From NCBI GenBank assembly GCA_019639195.1, contig JAHBSI010000006.1, positions 2,754 to 66,753 of the forward strand: a stretch of DNA of 64,000 nt, read 5' to 3'. Source of the stretch: Acidobacteriota bacterium. Lineage in GTDB: Bacteria > Acidobacteriota > Blastocatellia > Pyrinomonadales > Pyrinomonadaceae. The position numbers were made by a program, and so were the translations under genes. Positions 1 to 11,463 of this stretch are shown here, in pieces; position 1 is the first letter of the stretch; every line of letters begins with the position of its first letter. The notes beneath the pieces are model-generated. The model was given only the letters and a program-made list of their open reading frames with translations. It searched no databases and had not been told where the DNA came from.

Positions 1-1488
1 GCCCAACTTTCCGGCCTTCCGCAGTCGCTAAAAGACGCCGCTGCTGCGGATGCGACATCGAAGGGCAAGAAGGGCTGGATGATCCGCAACACGCGTTCAT
101 CTACCGACCCGTTTCTCACCTATGCCGACGATCGCGGCCTTCGAGAAAAGGTCTGGAAGATGTTTGTCAGCCGCGGCGACAACAACGACAGCCGTGACAA
201 CAAGGCGATAATCACGCAGATACTTAAACTCCGTGCCGAACGCGCAAAACTCTTCGGCTTCCCGACACACGCACATTGGATCCTCGAGCAGAAGATGGCT
301 AAAACGCCTGAGAACGCGATGAAGCTTATGGAAGCTGTTTGGCCCGCGGCCATCGGACGCGTCCACGAAGAGGTCGCCGATATGCAGAAGCTTGCGGATG
401 CCGAGGGCAAGGGAGTGAAGATCGAGCCTTGGGATTATCACTACTATATGGAAAAGGTCAGAAAGCAGAAATATGACCTTGACCAGAACGAGGTGAAACC
501 ATATTTGCAGCTCGACAAGATGCGCGATGCGATGTTTTGGGTCGCCGGCGAACTTTTTGGACTGAAATTCAAGAGGGTGGATGGCCTCCCGGTTTTCCAT
601 CCGGATGTGTCCGTTTACGAGGTCACGGATCTGAAGACGGGCAAACACATCGGCCTTTGGTATTTCGATCCGTACGCACGTGACGGAAAGGACAGCGGTG
701 CGTGGATGAACCAATACCGCAATCAATCACGCATCGGCGGTAAGGAGATCACGACGATCGTTTCGAACAACTCGAACTTCGTAAAGGCAAAGCCGGGCGA
801 ACCGGTTCTCATCTCGTGGGATGATGCAACGACGATGTTCCACGAATTCGGTCACGCATTGCACGGCCTATCGTCCAATGTTACGTATCCGACGCTTTCG
901 GGTACGGCCGTTCCGTCGGATTATGTCGAGTTCCCGTCCCAACTTCTTGAGCATTGGCTCTCGACACCCGAGGTCCTCAACAAGTTTGCTATCAATTACA
1001 AGACCGGCGAGCCGATCCCGAAGGAATTGGTAGAGAAGATCCAGAAAGCTTCGACATTTAATCAGGGGTTTGATACGACCGAGTATCTTGCAAGTGCTCT
1101 TGTCGATATGAAGATGCACCTTGCAGGCGACAAGGCGATCGATCCGGACAAATTCGAACAGGATACCTTGACCGCTCTGAATATGCCGAAGGAGATCGTA
1201 ATGCGGCACCGGCCGACGCAATTCCGCCACATCTTTGGTAGCGATGATTACTCGGCAGGCTATTACAGCTATTTGTGGTCGGACGTTCACTCGGCAGATG
1301 CGTTCACGGCGTTCACTGAGGCGGGCGGGCCGTATGACAAGAAGGTTGCGGCCAAGTTGAAGAAGTATGTCTTCTCGATCGGCAACACGATCGATCCGCT
1401 AGTTGCATACAAACTGTTCCGAGGACACGACGCACAGGTTGAAGCACTGATGAAGGACCGCGGATTCCCTGTGCCCAAGAGCAAATAG
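1..1488 (+). CDS. dcp: M3-family zinc metallopeptidase (peptidyl-dipeptidase Dcp / oligopeptidase A-like), 5'-truncated by window edge
   Basis: The frame of ORF 79..1488 stays open back to nt 1, so the N-terminus lies outside the window. It has the HEFGH zinc motif (TMFHEFGHALHG) and an M3-type C-terminal domain. Confidence 0.85.
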   Translation, partial: AQLSGLPQSLKDAAAADATSKGKKGWMIRNTRSSTDPFLTYADDRGLREKVWKMFVSRGDNNDSRDNKAIITQILKLRAERAKLFGFPTHAHWILEQKMAKTPENAMKLMEAVWPAAIGRVHEEVADMQKLADAEGKGVKIEPWDYHYYMEKVRKQKYDLDQNEVKPYLQLDKMRDAMFWVAGELFGLKFKRVDGLPVFHPDVSVYEVTDLKTGKHIGLWYFDPYARDGKDSGAWMNQYRNQSRIGGKEITTIVSNNSNFVKAKPGEPVLISWDDATTMFHEFGHALHGLSSNVTYPTLSGTAVPSDYVEFPSQLLEHWLSTPEVLNKFAINYKTGEPIPKELVEKIQKASTFNQGFDTTEYLASALVDMKMHLAGDKAIDPDKFEQDTLTALNMPKEIVMRHRPTQFRHIFGSDDYSAGYYSYLWSDVHSADAFTAFTEAGGPYDKKVAAKLKKYVFSIGNTIDPLVAYKLFRGHDAQVEALMKDRGFPVPKSK

Positions 1489-2832
1489 CTACTTGATCCC
1501 GAGATTCCGCATTCTGCGGTATAGATGGCTGCGGTCGACACCCATGTCTTCCGCAGCCTTTGCTACGTTGCCGTCAAACTGGGCGAGCTTGTGGCGAATA
1601 AATTCCCGCTGATACGCGTCGGTCGCGTCCTTAAATTTTTGAAACCGGAAGTGAGCCGCTTCCGGAGTTTCGTCTGCGAGCTCCGGAAGGTCGTCCGGCG
1701 TTATTTCCGCATCGCCGGCCATGATAACAACGCGTTCGACGGTGTTCTTAAGCTCGCGTACATTCCCAGGCCAGGCGTATTCCTGGAGCTTCTCTATGGT
1801 CGAATGAGCAAACGCCTTCGGATGCTTTCCATAGTCCGCACTAAATCGCCGATTGAAATGCTCTATCAGCTGCGGCACATCTTCCGGCCGTTCTCTAAGC
1901 GGCGGCACCTGAAACGGGATCACGTTCAATCGATAAAAAAGATCGGCTCGAAAATCGCCGCTCTCGATAAGCGAATCCAAAGATTTATTCGTCGCGGAGA
2001 TCACGCGGACATCGACCGTTATCGGAGTGTTGCTTCCCACCGGCTCGAACCGCTGTTCTTCGAGCACGCGGAGCATCTTTGCCTGAACTGTCGCCGACAT
2101 ATCGCCGATCTCATCAAGAAAGAGTGTTGCTCCGTCGGCGATCTGGAATTTCCCTTTCTTCGCTTTTGTCGCGCCTGAAAAGGCACCTTTTGCGTGGCCA
2201 AAAAGTTCGCTTTCGACCAATTCTTCCGGGATCGCAGCTGAGTTTATCTCAACGAATGCGGCACCCGAGCGATGCGATTGATCGTGTATCGCCCGAGCGA
2301 CAAGCTCCTTCCCCGTGCCGCTTTCGCCTGAGATCAGCACACGGCCTTCTGTCGGAGCGACGATCGAGATCTGCTTGCGAAGAGCACGCATCGCGATCGA
2401 CTCGCCAACCATCTCATACTGCGACGCAAGCTCGCGGCGAAGTTCCTTATTTGCCTGTTCAAGCTTTCGCTGGCGGATAGCGTTCTTAACGGTGACGATT
2501 GTACGCTCGAGGCTCAGTGGCTTTTCAATAAAGTCGAATGCACCGAGCTTCGTTGAGCGAACGGCCGTTTCGATATTACCGTGACCCGAGATCATAACGA
2601 CGGCCGCGTCATTTCCCGCTTCCGAAAGCCGCTCGAGCGTCTGAAGTCCGTCTATCCCGGCACCTAGCCAGATATCAAGCAGAATGCACGCGAACGCGTC
2701 CTGCTTTATCACCTCGAGACATTCTTCGCCGGAGGTTGCGGTCGTGACGATAAAATCCTCATCTTCGAGCACTCCGCGAAGTGTCTCGCGGATCCCGCGT
2801 TCGTCATCGACAATAAGTATCTTCTCTGGCAT
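1489..2832 (-). CDS. sigma-54-dependent response regulator (NtrC/NtrX family)
   Basis: CheY-like receiver (ILIVDDE..LLDIWL). AAA+ sigma-54 interaction domain with Walker A GESGTGKE and a GAFSGA loop. C-terminal Fis-type HTH (NVAKAAEDMGVDRSHLYRRM). ATG lies 7 nt after the kinase stop. Confidence 0.9.
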   Translation of the reverse strand: MPEKILIVDDERGIRETLRGVLEDEDFIVTTATSGEECLEVIKQDAFACILLDIWLGAGIDGLQTLERLSEAGNDAAVVMISGHGNIETAVRSTKLGAFDFIEKPLSLERTIVTVKNAIRQRKLEQANKELRRELASQYEMVGESIAMRALRKQISIVAPTEGRVLISGESGTGKELVARAIHDQSHRSGAAFVEINSAAIPEELVESELFGHAKGAFSGATKAKKGKFQIADGATLFLDEIGDMSATVQAKMLRVLEEQRFEPVGSNTPITVDVRVISATNKSLDSLIESGDFRADLFYRLNVIPFQVPPLRERPEDVPQLIEHFNRRFSADYGKHPKAFAHSTIEKLQEYAWPGNVRELKNTVERVVIMAGDAEITPDDLPELADETPEAAHFRFQKFKDATDAYQREFIRHKLAQFDGNVAKAAEDMGVDRSHLYRRMRNLGIK

Positions 2833-2839
2833 ACAAGAC

Positions 2840-4993
<2,154 letters not shown>

Positions 4994-5052
4994 AAACTAC
5001 GATTCGACAGGGAGATACGGCGTCTCTCAAGCTCGTCGAATACCTTATATCG

Positions 5053-5985
5053 ATGACATTTTTCGCGATCTTCTTCGACAACTCAGGCCTGATCCGCAGC
5101 GGTTGGCGAGCGCTCTTTTTTCTCGTCTTCTACGGGATCGTGAGCTTGATAGCTCAAGTTCTCCTTATCGCGGGAACGGCGTATTTGGCTAAAGACACAA
5201 GCGACCAGCGGCTTCTTGGGATTGCGGGGCTCTTTGTCGGCACAATTTTGGCGGGCTCGATTGCGTGGGTATGCGGCAAGATATTTGAAAAGCTACCGTT
5301 TGCTGCCTTTGGTGCCTCGTTCTCAAAAGGCTGGCTCAAACATTTGATCGTCGGCAATCTTCTCGGTTTTTTCGCGATCGTGCTTGCGATCCTGCCGGCG
5401 TTCGCTGATGGGAAATTAAGATTCGCGGCCAGCAGCGAGCCGCTCTCGGTCCTAAGTTACCAAATTGGCCTTTCGTTCGTATTTTTCGCTCTTGGGGCCG
5501 CATTTGAGGAGGCGGTTTTTCGCGGCTATATCCTGCAAACATTCGCAAGAAGCGGCCTTGCATGGCTTGCGATCGCCCTCACGTCACTGATCTTCGGTGC
5601 ATTTCATCTTGCAAATCCTGCCGCAGACTGGGTCTCGACCGCAAACACAATCCTTGCCGGCATTGTCTTCAGCCTCGCTTACCTCAAAACGCTCGACCTC
5701 TGGCTGCCGTTCGGACAGCATTTTATGTGGAATTTCGCTCAGGGCTCGATCTTTGGCATCGAGGTGAGCGGGTTGAAGTTCCTGTCACCGATCTCGCTGC
5801 TTGTTGAAACAGACCATGGGCCAAAATGGCTTACAGGTGAAGCATACGGCATCGAAGGAAGTCTCGGATGCACAGCCGCCCTATTACTGCTGATCGCCGC
5901 TATCTATTTTATGCCGGGCACAGAACCGGATCCGAAACTCACAGGACTTTCACGGCACACGGCCGTCACGCCGCCTGTATCTTAA
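5053..5985 (+). CDS. CPBP (CAAX) family intramembrane metalloprotease
   Basis: Polytopic membrane protein with the family motifs EEAVFRGY (EExxxR) and FGAFH (FxxxH). Confidence 0.8.
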   Translation: MTFFAIFFDNSGLIRSGWRALFFLVFYGIVSLIAQVLLIAGTAYLAKDTSDQRLLGIAGLFVGTILAGSIAWVCGKIFEKLPFAAFGASFSKGWLKHLIVGNLLGFFAIVLAILPAFADGKLRFAASSEPLSVLSYQIGLSFVFFALGAAFEEAVFRGYILQTFARSGLAWLAIALTSLIFGAFHLANPAADWVSTANTILAGIVFSLAYLKTLDLWLPFGQHFMWNFAQGSIFGIEVSGLKFLSPISLLVETDHGPKWLTGEAYGIEGSLGCTAALLLLIAAIYFMPGTEPDPKLTGLSRHTAVTPPVS

Positions 5986-6823
5986 AGCTAATGTCAATAG
6001 CGCGTGCCGAATGCGTGAGCTTGCCTACCGAGATCAGGTCAACGCCGGCTTCTGCGAAGGAACGAACGCGGTCGAGGCTCATATTTCCCGATGCTTCGAT
6101 GAGCACGTTCGGATTCATATTCCGAGCCATATCTACGAGCTTAGCCGCCTCTTCAGGCGTTTGATTATCGAGCATTACGATCTCGGCGCCGGCCTCGATC
6201 GCTTCTCGAAGCTGCGCCCAGTTAGTAATCTCAACCTCGACCTTGTGAAGATGTCCTGCAAGCTCTCGCGCCGCATTAACCGCCTCAGTAATGCCGCCTG
6301 CCAGAGCAATATGATTGTCTTTGATGAGGATCCCGTCATCGAGGCCCATTCGGTGATTCTTGCCGCCACCAACCACGACCGCGTACTTTTCGAGCATTCG
6401 CAGGCCCGGCGTGGTCTTTCGGGTATCGACGATCGATGCTCGGGTTCCCTCGATAGCCTTTACGAATTGTCGCGTAAGAGTGGCAACGCCGGACATTCGC
6501 TGAAGCAGATTCAGCGCAAGTCGTTCTCCGGTAAGCAAAACATCTGCATAGCCGCTAAGCGTGCCAATTACGGTTCCCTCTTCAACCTCGTCGCCTTCGT
6601 TGAATGTGGTCTCTATCTCGGGCGAGTCAGGGTCCAAATGAAAGAACACCGCCTCAGCCACATCAAGGCCGCAGACGACCGCGTATTCCTTCGCAAGAAA
6701 CCTGCCGCTGCCCATTCTGTCCGGGGGAACACAAGATCTCGTCGTAATGTCGCCTCGGCCAATATCCTCGGCAAGAAACTGTCCGATCGATGACATCAAT
6801 TCGCTGCTATCGAGCATGTTCAT
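5966..6823 (-). CDS. nadC: nicotinate-nucleotide pyrophosphorylase (quinolinate phosphoribosyltransferase)
   Basis: Full-length QPRTase pattern (DITT.., TRKTTPGLR, IKDNH). The ORF-track start at 6832 is TTG, so the first ATG at 6823 is used. The 3' end overlaps the convergent CPBP gene by 20 nt. Confidence 0.9.
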   Translation of the reverse strand: MNMLDSSELMSSIGQFLAEDIGRGDITTRSCVPPDRMGSGRFLAKEYAVVCGLDVAEAVFFHLDPDSPEIETTFNEGDEVEEGTVIGTLSGYADVLLTGERLALNLLQRMSGVATLTRQFVKAIEGTRASIVDTRKTTPGLRMLEKYAVVVGGGKNHRMGLDDGILIKDNHIALAGGITEAVNAARELAGHLHKVEVEITNWAQLREAIEAGAEIVMLDNQTPEEAAKLVDMARNMNPNVLIEASGNMSLDRVRSFAEAGVDLISVGKLTHSARAIDISFKIQAA

Positions 6824-6956
6824 AAATGACAATCATACGTTACGCAAAAACAGTGTCAATCGGGGCGTTTGCAATTGACACCGGATGCCGTTCCAAGCTA
6901 CGCTCTTTCGTCGCCTAACGCGATCTGAGATCAAGACAATTTGGAGAGAACTTTCT

Positions 6957-7403
6957 ATGCGTCATGCCGGAAGCTTGTTGATCGTTGCTGCCGTCCTGTT
7001 CACCGCGGCCTTTGCCTGTAATATGAGCACGGCAAACCTCGCCAGTCTTAAAACTGGCAAGAATGCTGATGTTACTAGTCCGTCCGCGAACTTTGCAGCC
7101 GGTGACACGATCTATGCGGTCGCCGAGATCGCAAACAATCCTGGAAAGGTAAAAGTGAAAATGTACCTGCAGGTCGAGAATATGAAGGGTGTTCCATCCG
7201 GAACGGTCATTGACAATAGCGTCGTTGAACTCAATATCGATGGCGATGCACTTGCCAAATACCACTACGAAACCCTTTCCAGCACGGTCGGCGGCACCTT
7301 TAAGATGGTCGCTGAAATGTACGACGAAAGCGGCGAGAAGAAGGACTCAAAGTCCGAAACGATCATCATTGCCCCCGGCTCTTCGTCATCCAACGACGAC
7401 TAG
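6957..7403 (+). CDS. hypothetical small secreted protein / lipoprotein
   Basis: The internal ATG at 6957 gives a signal peptide (MRHAGSLLIVAAVLFTAAFAC) with a Cys in a lipobox-like position. No recognisable domain. Confidence 0.5.
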   Translation: MRHAGSLLIVAAVLFTAAFACNMSTANLASLKTGKNADVTSPSANFAAGDTIYAVAEIANNPGKVKVKMYLQVENMKGVPSGTVIDNSVVELNIDGDALAKYHYETLSSTVGGTFKMVAEMYDESGEKKDSKSETIIIAPGSSSSNDD

Positions 7404-7409
7404 GCCCAT

Positions 7410-10100
7410 TTACTCGAGAGCGGACAGGTTGCGGCTTAAAGCCGCAGCCTGTTCATCGATCTCCAAAACTCTGGCTCTCAGCGACTCAACCTTCTCCTCT
7501 GGTGCCCGCTCGACGAAATTCGAGTTTGAGAGCTGGGCATCAAGCCGCCCTTTTTCCTCCAACAGCTTTGCGATCTGCGTCCGCAGACGTTCCCTTTCTT
7601 TCTCGAAATCAATAAGGCCCTCAAGTGGTATCGCGACCTCGGCCCCGCCTGTAAGGACGGCCTTAGCAGAAGCCTTTGGAACGGCAAGTACGTCCGACAA
7701 GACGAAGTTTTCGGCCCGAGCGAGCTTCATTATCTGCTCAGTATTTGCCTCCAAGACATCTAGCAGATCTTTAGTTCCGGCCACGTGAACTGCGAACTTG
7801 ATAGCCGGCGAGATATTCATCTCTGCTCGGATATTCCGGATCTTCGTGATCAATTCGATGACCGCTGATATCTCATTCTCGGCAAAGTCGTCAAGAAAAT
7901 TCTCGTCGCCTTTTGGGAAATCGGTGAGCATGATGGTCTGCTTTGCGTTTCGGTATGCCGTATTGTGGAGAGCGTTGCCGACGCCGGGAAGCTTTTGCCA
8001 GAGTTCCTCGGTCAAATACGGCATAAACGGATGAAGCAGCCGCAACGCCTTCTCCAGCACGGAAAGGATGAACGAACTTGCGGCAGCATCACCGCTCGTA
8101 ATCTCATCCTTCTTCAGCTCAATATACCAATCGCAGAAATCGTCCCAGAAAAAGTGGTATAGACGCGAGACCGCCTCGTGATATTGATACGTCTCAAGTG
8201 CTCGATCGACAGCATGCGAGGTACGCGTCAGACGCGAAAGAATCCAACGATCTACGGCCGCCATCGACCGAACTTCCGTCGCATCGAACGTCCTGATCGA
8301 AGCATTCTCTGAGTTCAACAAACAAAACCGAGTCGCGTTCCATATTTTGTTTGCAAAATTCCGGTAAGTCTCAATAAGGAGATCGTTCCATTTGATGTCG
8401 GCGCCGGTCGCTATCGACGCAAGGTAAATGCGCGTCGCATCCACACCGAATTTATCGAACATCTCGATCGGATCGACGCCGTTATTACGCGATTTCGACA
8501 TCGGCTTCCCGTCTTTGCCAAGCACCGTCCCGGTGACGACCACATCCTCGAACGGTATCTTGCCCGTGAACTTTTTCGTAAGCATCACCATACGGGACAC
8601 CCACAAAAAGATGATGTCGCGTCCCGTCACAAGCACATCGGTTGGCAGGAATCTTTCAAGGTCAGGCGTGTCGGTCGCACTTTGCTGACCCGTCCACCCA
8701 AACGTGGAGAATGCCCACAAACCGCTTGAAAACCACGTATCAAGCACATCCTGATCCTGTCGCAACTCCTTGCCCCCGGCTTTCTCTCTTGCCTCACTTT
8801 CCGTCAGCGCAACAAAGACATTGCCGTCGTCGTCATACCACGCGGGTATTTGATGGCCCCACCAAAGCTGCCGGGAGATCGTCCAGTCTTTCAAGTTCTC
8901 AAGCCAATTTGTATAGACCTTTTCGTGAGGCACCCGCGGCGAAAAATGCGGCACGCCTTCGGTTCGCATCACATCAAGGGCAATGTCTCGCATCTCGTCC
9001 ATTTTGACGAACCATTGTTCACTCAGGATCGGCTCGACTATCGTCTTACAGCGTTCACAAATCGGAAGCGAGATCTCGTAATCCGCAACCTTCTCGAGCA
9101 GTCCGAGTTCCTCGAATCGCGCAACAACCTTTTCACGGGCTTCAAAGCGGTCAAGGCCTTCAAAATCAGCACCTGCGGCGGCGTTCATCTTGCCCGCCTC
9201 GTCCATTACGAGAAGCTGTTCGAGGTTGTTTCGCTCGCCTACCTGGTAATCGTTCGGATCGTGTGCGGGCGTGATCTTAACGGCACCGGTACCAAACTCT
9301 GCATCAACATACTCGTCCGCAATGATCGGGATCTCGCGATCCGTCAGCGGAAGCTCAACGACCTTGCCGATGAGATCTGCGTAACGCTCATCCGAAGGAT
9401 TCACCGCGACCGCAGTATCGCCAAGCATCGTCTCCGGTCGAGTGGTGGCGACAGTGATCGTGCGATCAGTGCCTTTGACCGGATATTTCAGATAGGTGAG
9501 CTTTCCGTCCTTACGGGTCTCTTCTTTTACCTCAAGATCCGAAAGAACTGTCTTGTCCTTCGGACACCAATTTACGATCCGAAGGCCGCGATAGATATTC
9601 CCTTCTTCGTAGAGCGCGACAAAGACACCCCGGACCGCAAGAGACAGGTCCTCATCCATCGTAAATCTCTGCCGAGACCAATCCACCGACGCACCTTCGC
9701 GTCGCATCTGCTCGGTTATCGTGTTGCCGTACTGCTCCTTCCACGTCCACGCCCTGCGGACGAACTCCTCGCGGCCGATGTCGATCGGCGACTTTCCTTC
9801 GTCCTTGCGGAGCTGCTCAACGACCTTCCGCTGAACTGAGATCCCTGCGTGATCGGTCCCGGGCAGCCAAAGAGTGCGGAAACCCTGCATTCGCTTCCAA
9901 CGCGTCAACACATCCATCAGCGTGTGCTGAAGGGCGTGGCCCATATGAAGGCTGCCGGTCACATTCGGTGGTGGGATGACGATAGAGTACGTCGGAGACG
10001 ACGCAGCCTCGTTGATCTCCGGAGCAAAGAATCCATTCTCTTCCCACGTCTGATACCAACCCTCTGCGGTCTTCGGGTCAAATGCCTTAGCTAGTTCCAT
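7410..10100 (-). CDS. valS: valine--tRNA ligase
   Basis: 896 aa. HIGH motif (PPNVTGSLHMGHAL), KMSKS motif (KPMSKSRNN) and the C-terminal coiled coil typical of ValRS. Confidence 0.95.
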   Translation of the reverse strand: MELAKAFDPKTAEGWYQTWEENGFFAPEINEAASSPTYSIVIPPPNVTGSLHMGHALQHTLMDVLTRWKRMQGFRTLWLPGTDHAGISVQRKVVEQLRKDEGKSPIDIGREEFVRRAWTWKEQYGNTITEQMRREGASVDWSRQRFTMDEDLSLAVRGVFVALYEEGNIYRGLRIVNWCPKDKTVLSDLEVKEETRKDGKLTYLKYPVKGTDRTITVATTRPETMLGDTAVAVNPSDERYADLIGKVVELPLTDREIPIIADEYVDAEFGTGAVKITPAHDPNDYQVGERNNLEQLLVMDEAGKMNAAAGADFEGLDRFEAREKVVARFEELGLLEKVADYEISLPICERCKTIVEPILSEQWFVKMDEMRDIALDVMRTEGVPHFSPRVPHEKVYTNWLENLKDWTISRQLWWGHQIPAWYDDDGNVFVALTESEAREKAGGKELRQDQDVLDTWFSSGLWAFSTFGWTGQQSATDTPDLERFLPTDVLVTGRDIIFLWVSRMVMLTKKFTGKIPFEDVVVTGTVLGKDGKPMSKSRNNGVDPIEMFDKFGVDATRIYLASIATGADIKWNDLLIETYRNFANKIWNATRFCLLNSENASIRTFDATEVRSMAAVDRWILSRLTRTSHAVDRALETYQYHEAVSRLYHFFWDDFCDWYIELKKDEITSGDAAASSFILSVLEKALRLLHPFMPYLTEELWQKLPGVGNALHNTAYRNAKQTIMLTDFPKGDENFLDDFAENEISAVIELITKIRNIRAEMNISPAIKFAVHVAGTKDLLDVLEANTEQIMKLARAENFVLSDVLAVPKASAKAVLTGGAEVAIPLEGLIDFEKERERLRTQIAKLLEEKGRLDAQLSNSNFVERAPEEKVESLRARVLEIDEQAAALSRNLSALE

Positions 10101-10138
10101 AAAAGCTGTCCAAAAGTATTAATTCTAAAACAAAGAGA

Positions 10139-10170
10139 GGGCGGGTTACAGCATCGGCTGAAAACCGCCC
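10139..10170 (-). terminator. terminator-like hairpin between the response regulator gene and valS
   Basis: GGGCGGGTT / AACCGCCC stem with one bulge. On the minus strand it is followed by TCTCTTTGTTTT. It lies 25 nt after the regulator stop and about 38 nt before the valS start. Confidence 0.4.
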
Positions 10171-10194
10171 GTCTTAATTCCCTATCAGCTAAAC

Positions 10195-11373
10195 TCAATG
10201 GCGTTTAGATTCTTCGTCCAGGGCCTCGCGAATGAGTTTCTCGGCGATGCGAGGCACGGCTTCGCGGGCCGCTTCTCGAACGGCCTTCTCAGAGAGCCTA
10301 TCCATAACTCGTTGTGCGACCGCCTCGATCAAAGCAGGCGGAAACGTCGTCTCGCTCATCCTTACCGCGTCTGAGTCGGCAGGGCTTTCGTTTACGGCCT
10401 CTTCGATCCTGAATTTGACAGGGTCGGCCGGTTCGCTGGCCTGCGGCATCCCCGACGCAACGTCCTTAAAAGGATCAAGCTCCCCGACCGATTGTTCTGG
10501 ATCTTCGATCGTCGGATAGCTAGGTTCAGGCTGTTCTACTGGCGTCTCGAACTTCAGCGTGTCTATAAGAACGTCGTCGCCCGCAGCGAAGTCATAGACC
10601 CTGATAAGGGCGTCTTCTCCGGTCACGAGCGGTGCTACTTCCGGCAGAGTATCTTCTGCCTGTTCAGGCTCATCTTCCGCAAGTACGAAGGGCTCGTGCG
10701 GGACAAGCGTCTGCACTTCGGGAGCCGCGTCCATTTGCCGAGTGATCTCGCCAAGTTCGTAATTGAGGTCAACGGACGCATCAACACCTTGCGACGCGGC
10801 CGGCGTGCTGGCATCAACAGTCGGCTCCGGGAATGAATCCGCGATTAATTCGTCAGGTTCCGGGACGGACGATTCGGCGGACGCGAACTCGTTCGCGATC
10901 TCGCTCTCGACCTCAATGTCCGGATCATCCTCGACGATCGATTCTGCATATAGGTTCTCGATATCCTCGGTCTCAAAAGGCTGAACCTCACGAAAGTCCT
11001 TTACCGCAAGCAACTCCCCAACCTTTGTAACTACGTCCCTAAGCGATTGGAAAGGCTTCGTAAAATAATGATCTGCACCTACCCGCGAGGCTTCGCCCGG
11101 GTCGAACGCTTCGAATGAGCCAACGACAAGTATCACTGGAATCGTCCGCGTCGAATCGTCCCCTTTTATCATCTCGCAAAGCTGATAGCCGCCCATTCCC
11201 GGCATATTCACATCGGCGATGACACAATCCGGCGAGACCTCAACGAATTTCTCCATCGCCGAATTTCCGTCACCAACCGTGATAACGTCATAACCCTCCT
11301 CGGCGAAGGTTAGTTCGATGACTTTACGAATCGCGACCGAATCATCGGCCAGTAAGAGTTTCACTTTTTCCAC
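10195..11373 (-). CDS. response regulator: receiver domain plus long acidic Pro/Glu/Asp-rich tail
   Basis: N-terminal CheY-like receiver (LLADDS..DVNMPGMGG..FTKPF). The remaining roughly 260 aa are low-complexity and acidic, ending in a helical segment (AVREAAREAVPRIAEKLIREALDEE). GTG start. Confidence 0.8.
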   Translation of the reverse strand: MEKVKLLLADDSVAIRKVIELTFAEEGYDVITVGDGNSAMEKFVEVSPDCVIADVNMPGMGGYQLCEMIKGDDSTRTIPVILVVGSFEAFDPGEASRVGADHYFTKPFQSLRDVVTKVGELLAVKDFREVQPFETEDIENLYAESIVEDDPDIEVESEIANEFASAESSVPEPDELIADSFPEPTVDASTPAASQGVDASVDLNYELGEITRQMDAAPEVQTLVPHEPFVLAEDEPEQAEDTLPEVAPLVTGEDALIRVYDFAAGDDVLIDTLKFETPVEQPEPSYPTIEDPEQSVGELDPFKDVASGMPQASEPADPVKFRIEEAVNESPADSDAVRMSETTFPPALIEAVAQRVMDRLSEKAVREAAREAVPRIAEKLIREALDEESKRH

Positions 11374-11463
11374 AGGTGAGTATTCCCGAACGCTCGCGCA
11401 TTCTCAGTTTCAAGGTCAACTACTTTCGATTCGACAGTTTACCAGATTGACGACGTAACTTCA

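Noticed and set aside
8850-9839. Long antisense ORFs opposite well-supported genes. Examples are 8850..9839 opposite valS, 42355..43236 opposite htrA, 33478..34482 opposite the M28 peptidase, 14018..14890 opposite ftsA, 6011..6793 opposite nadC and 24899..25540 opposite ftsI.
   Set aside because: Each lies entirely inside a gene with clear family motifs on the other strand. Their products are Arg/Ser/Pro-rich with no motifs, as expected for open antisense frames in GC-biased coding DNA.
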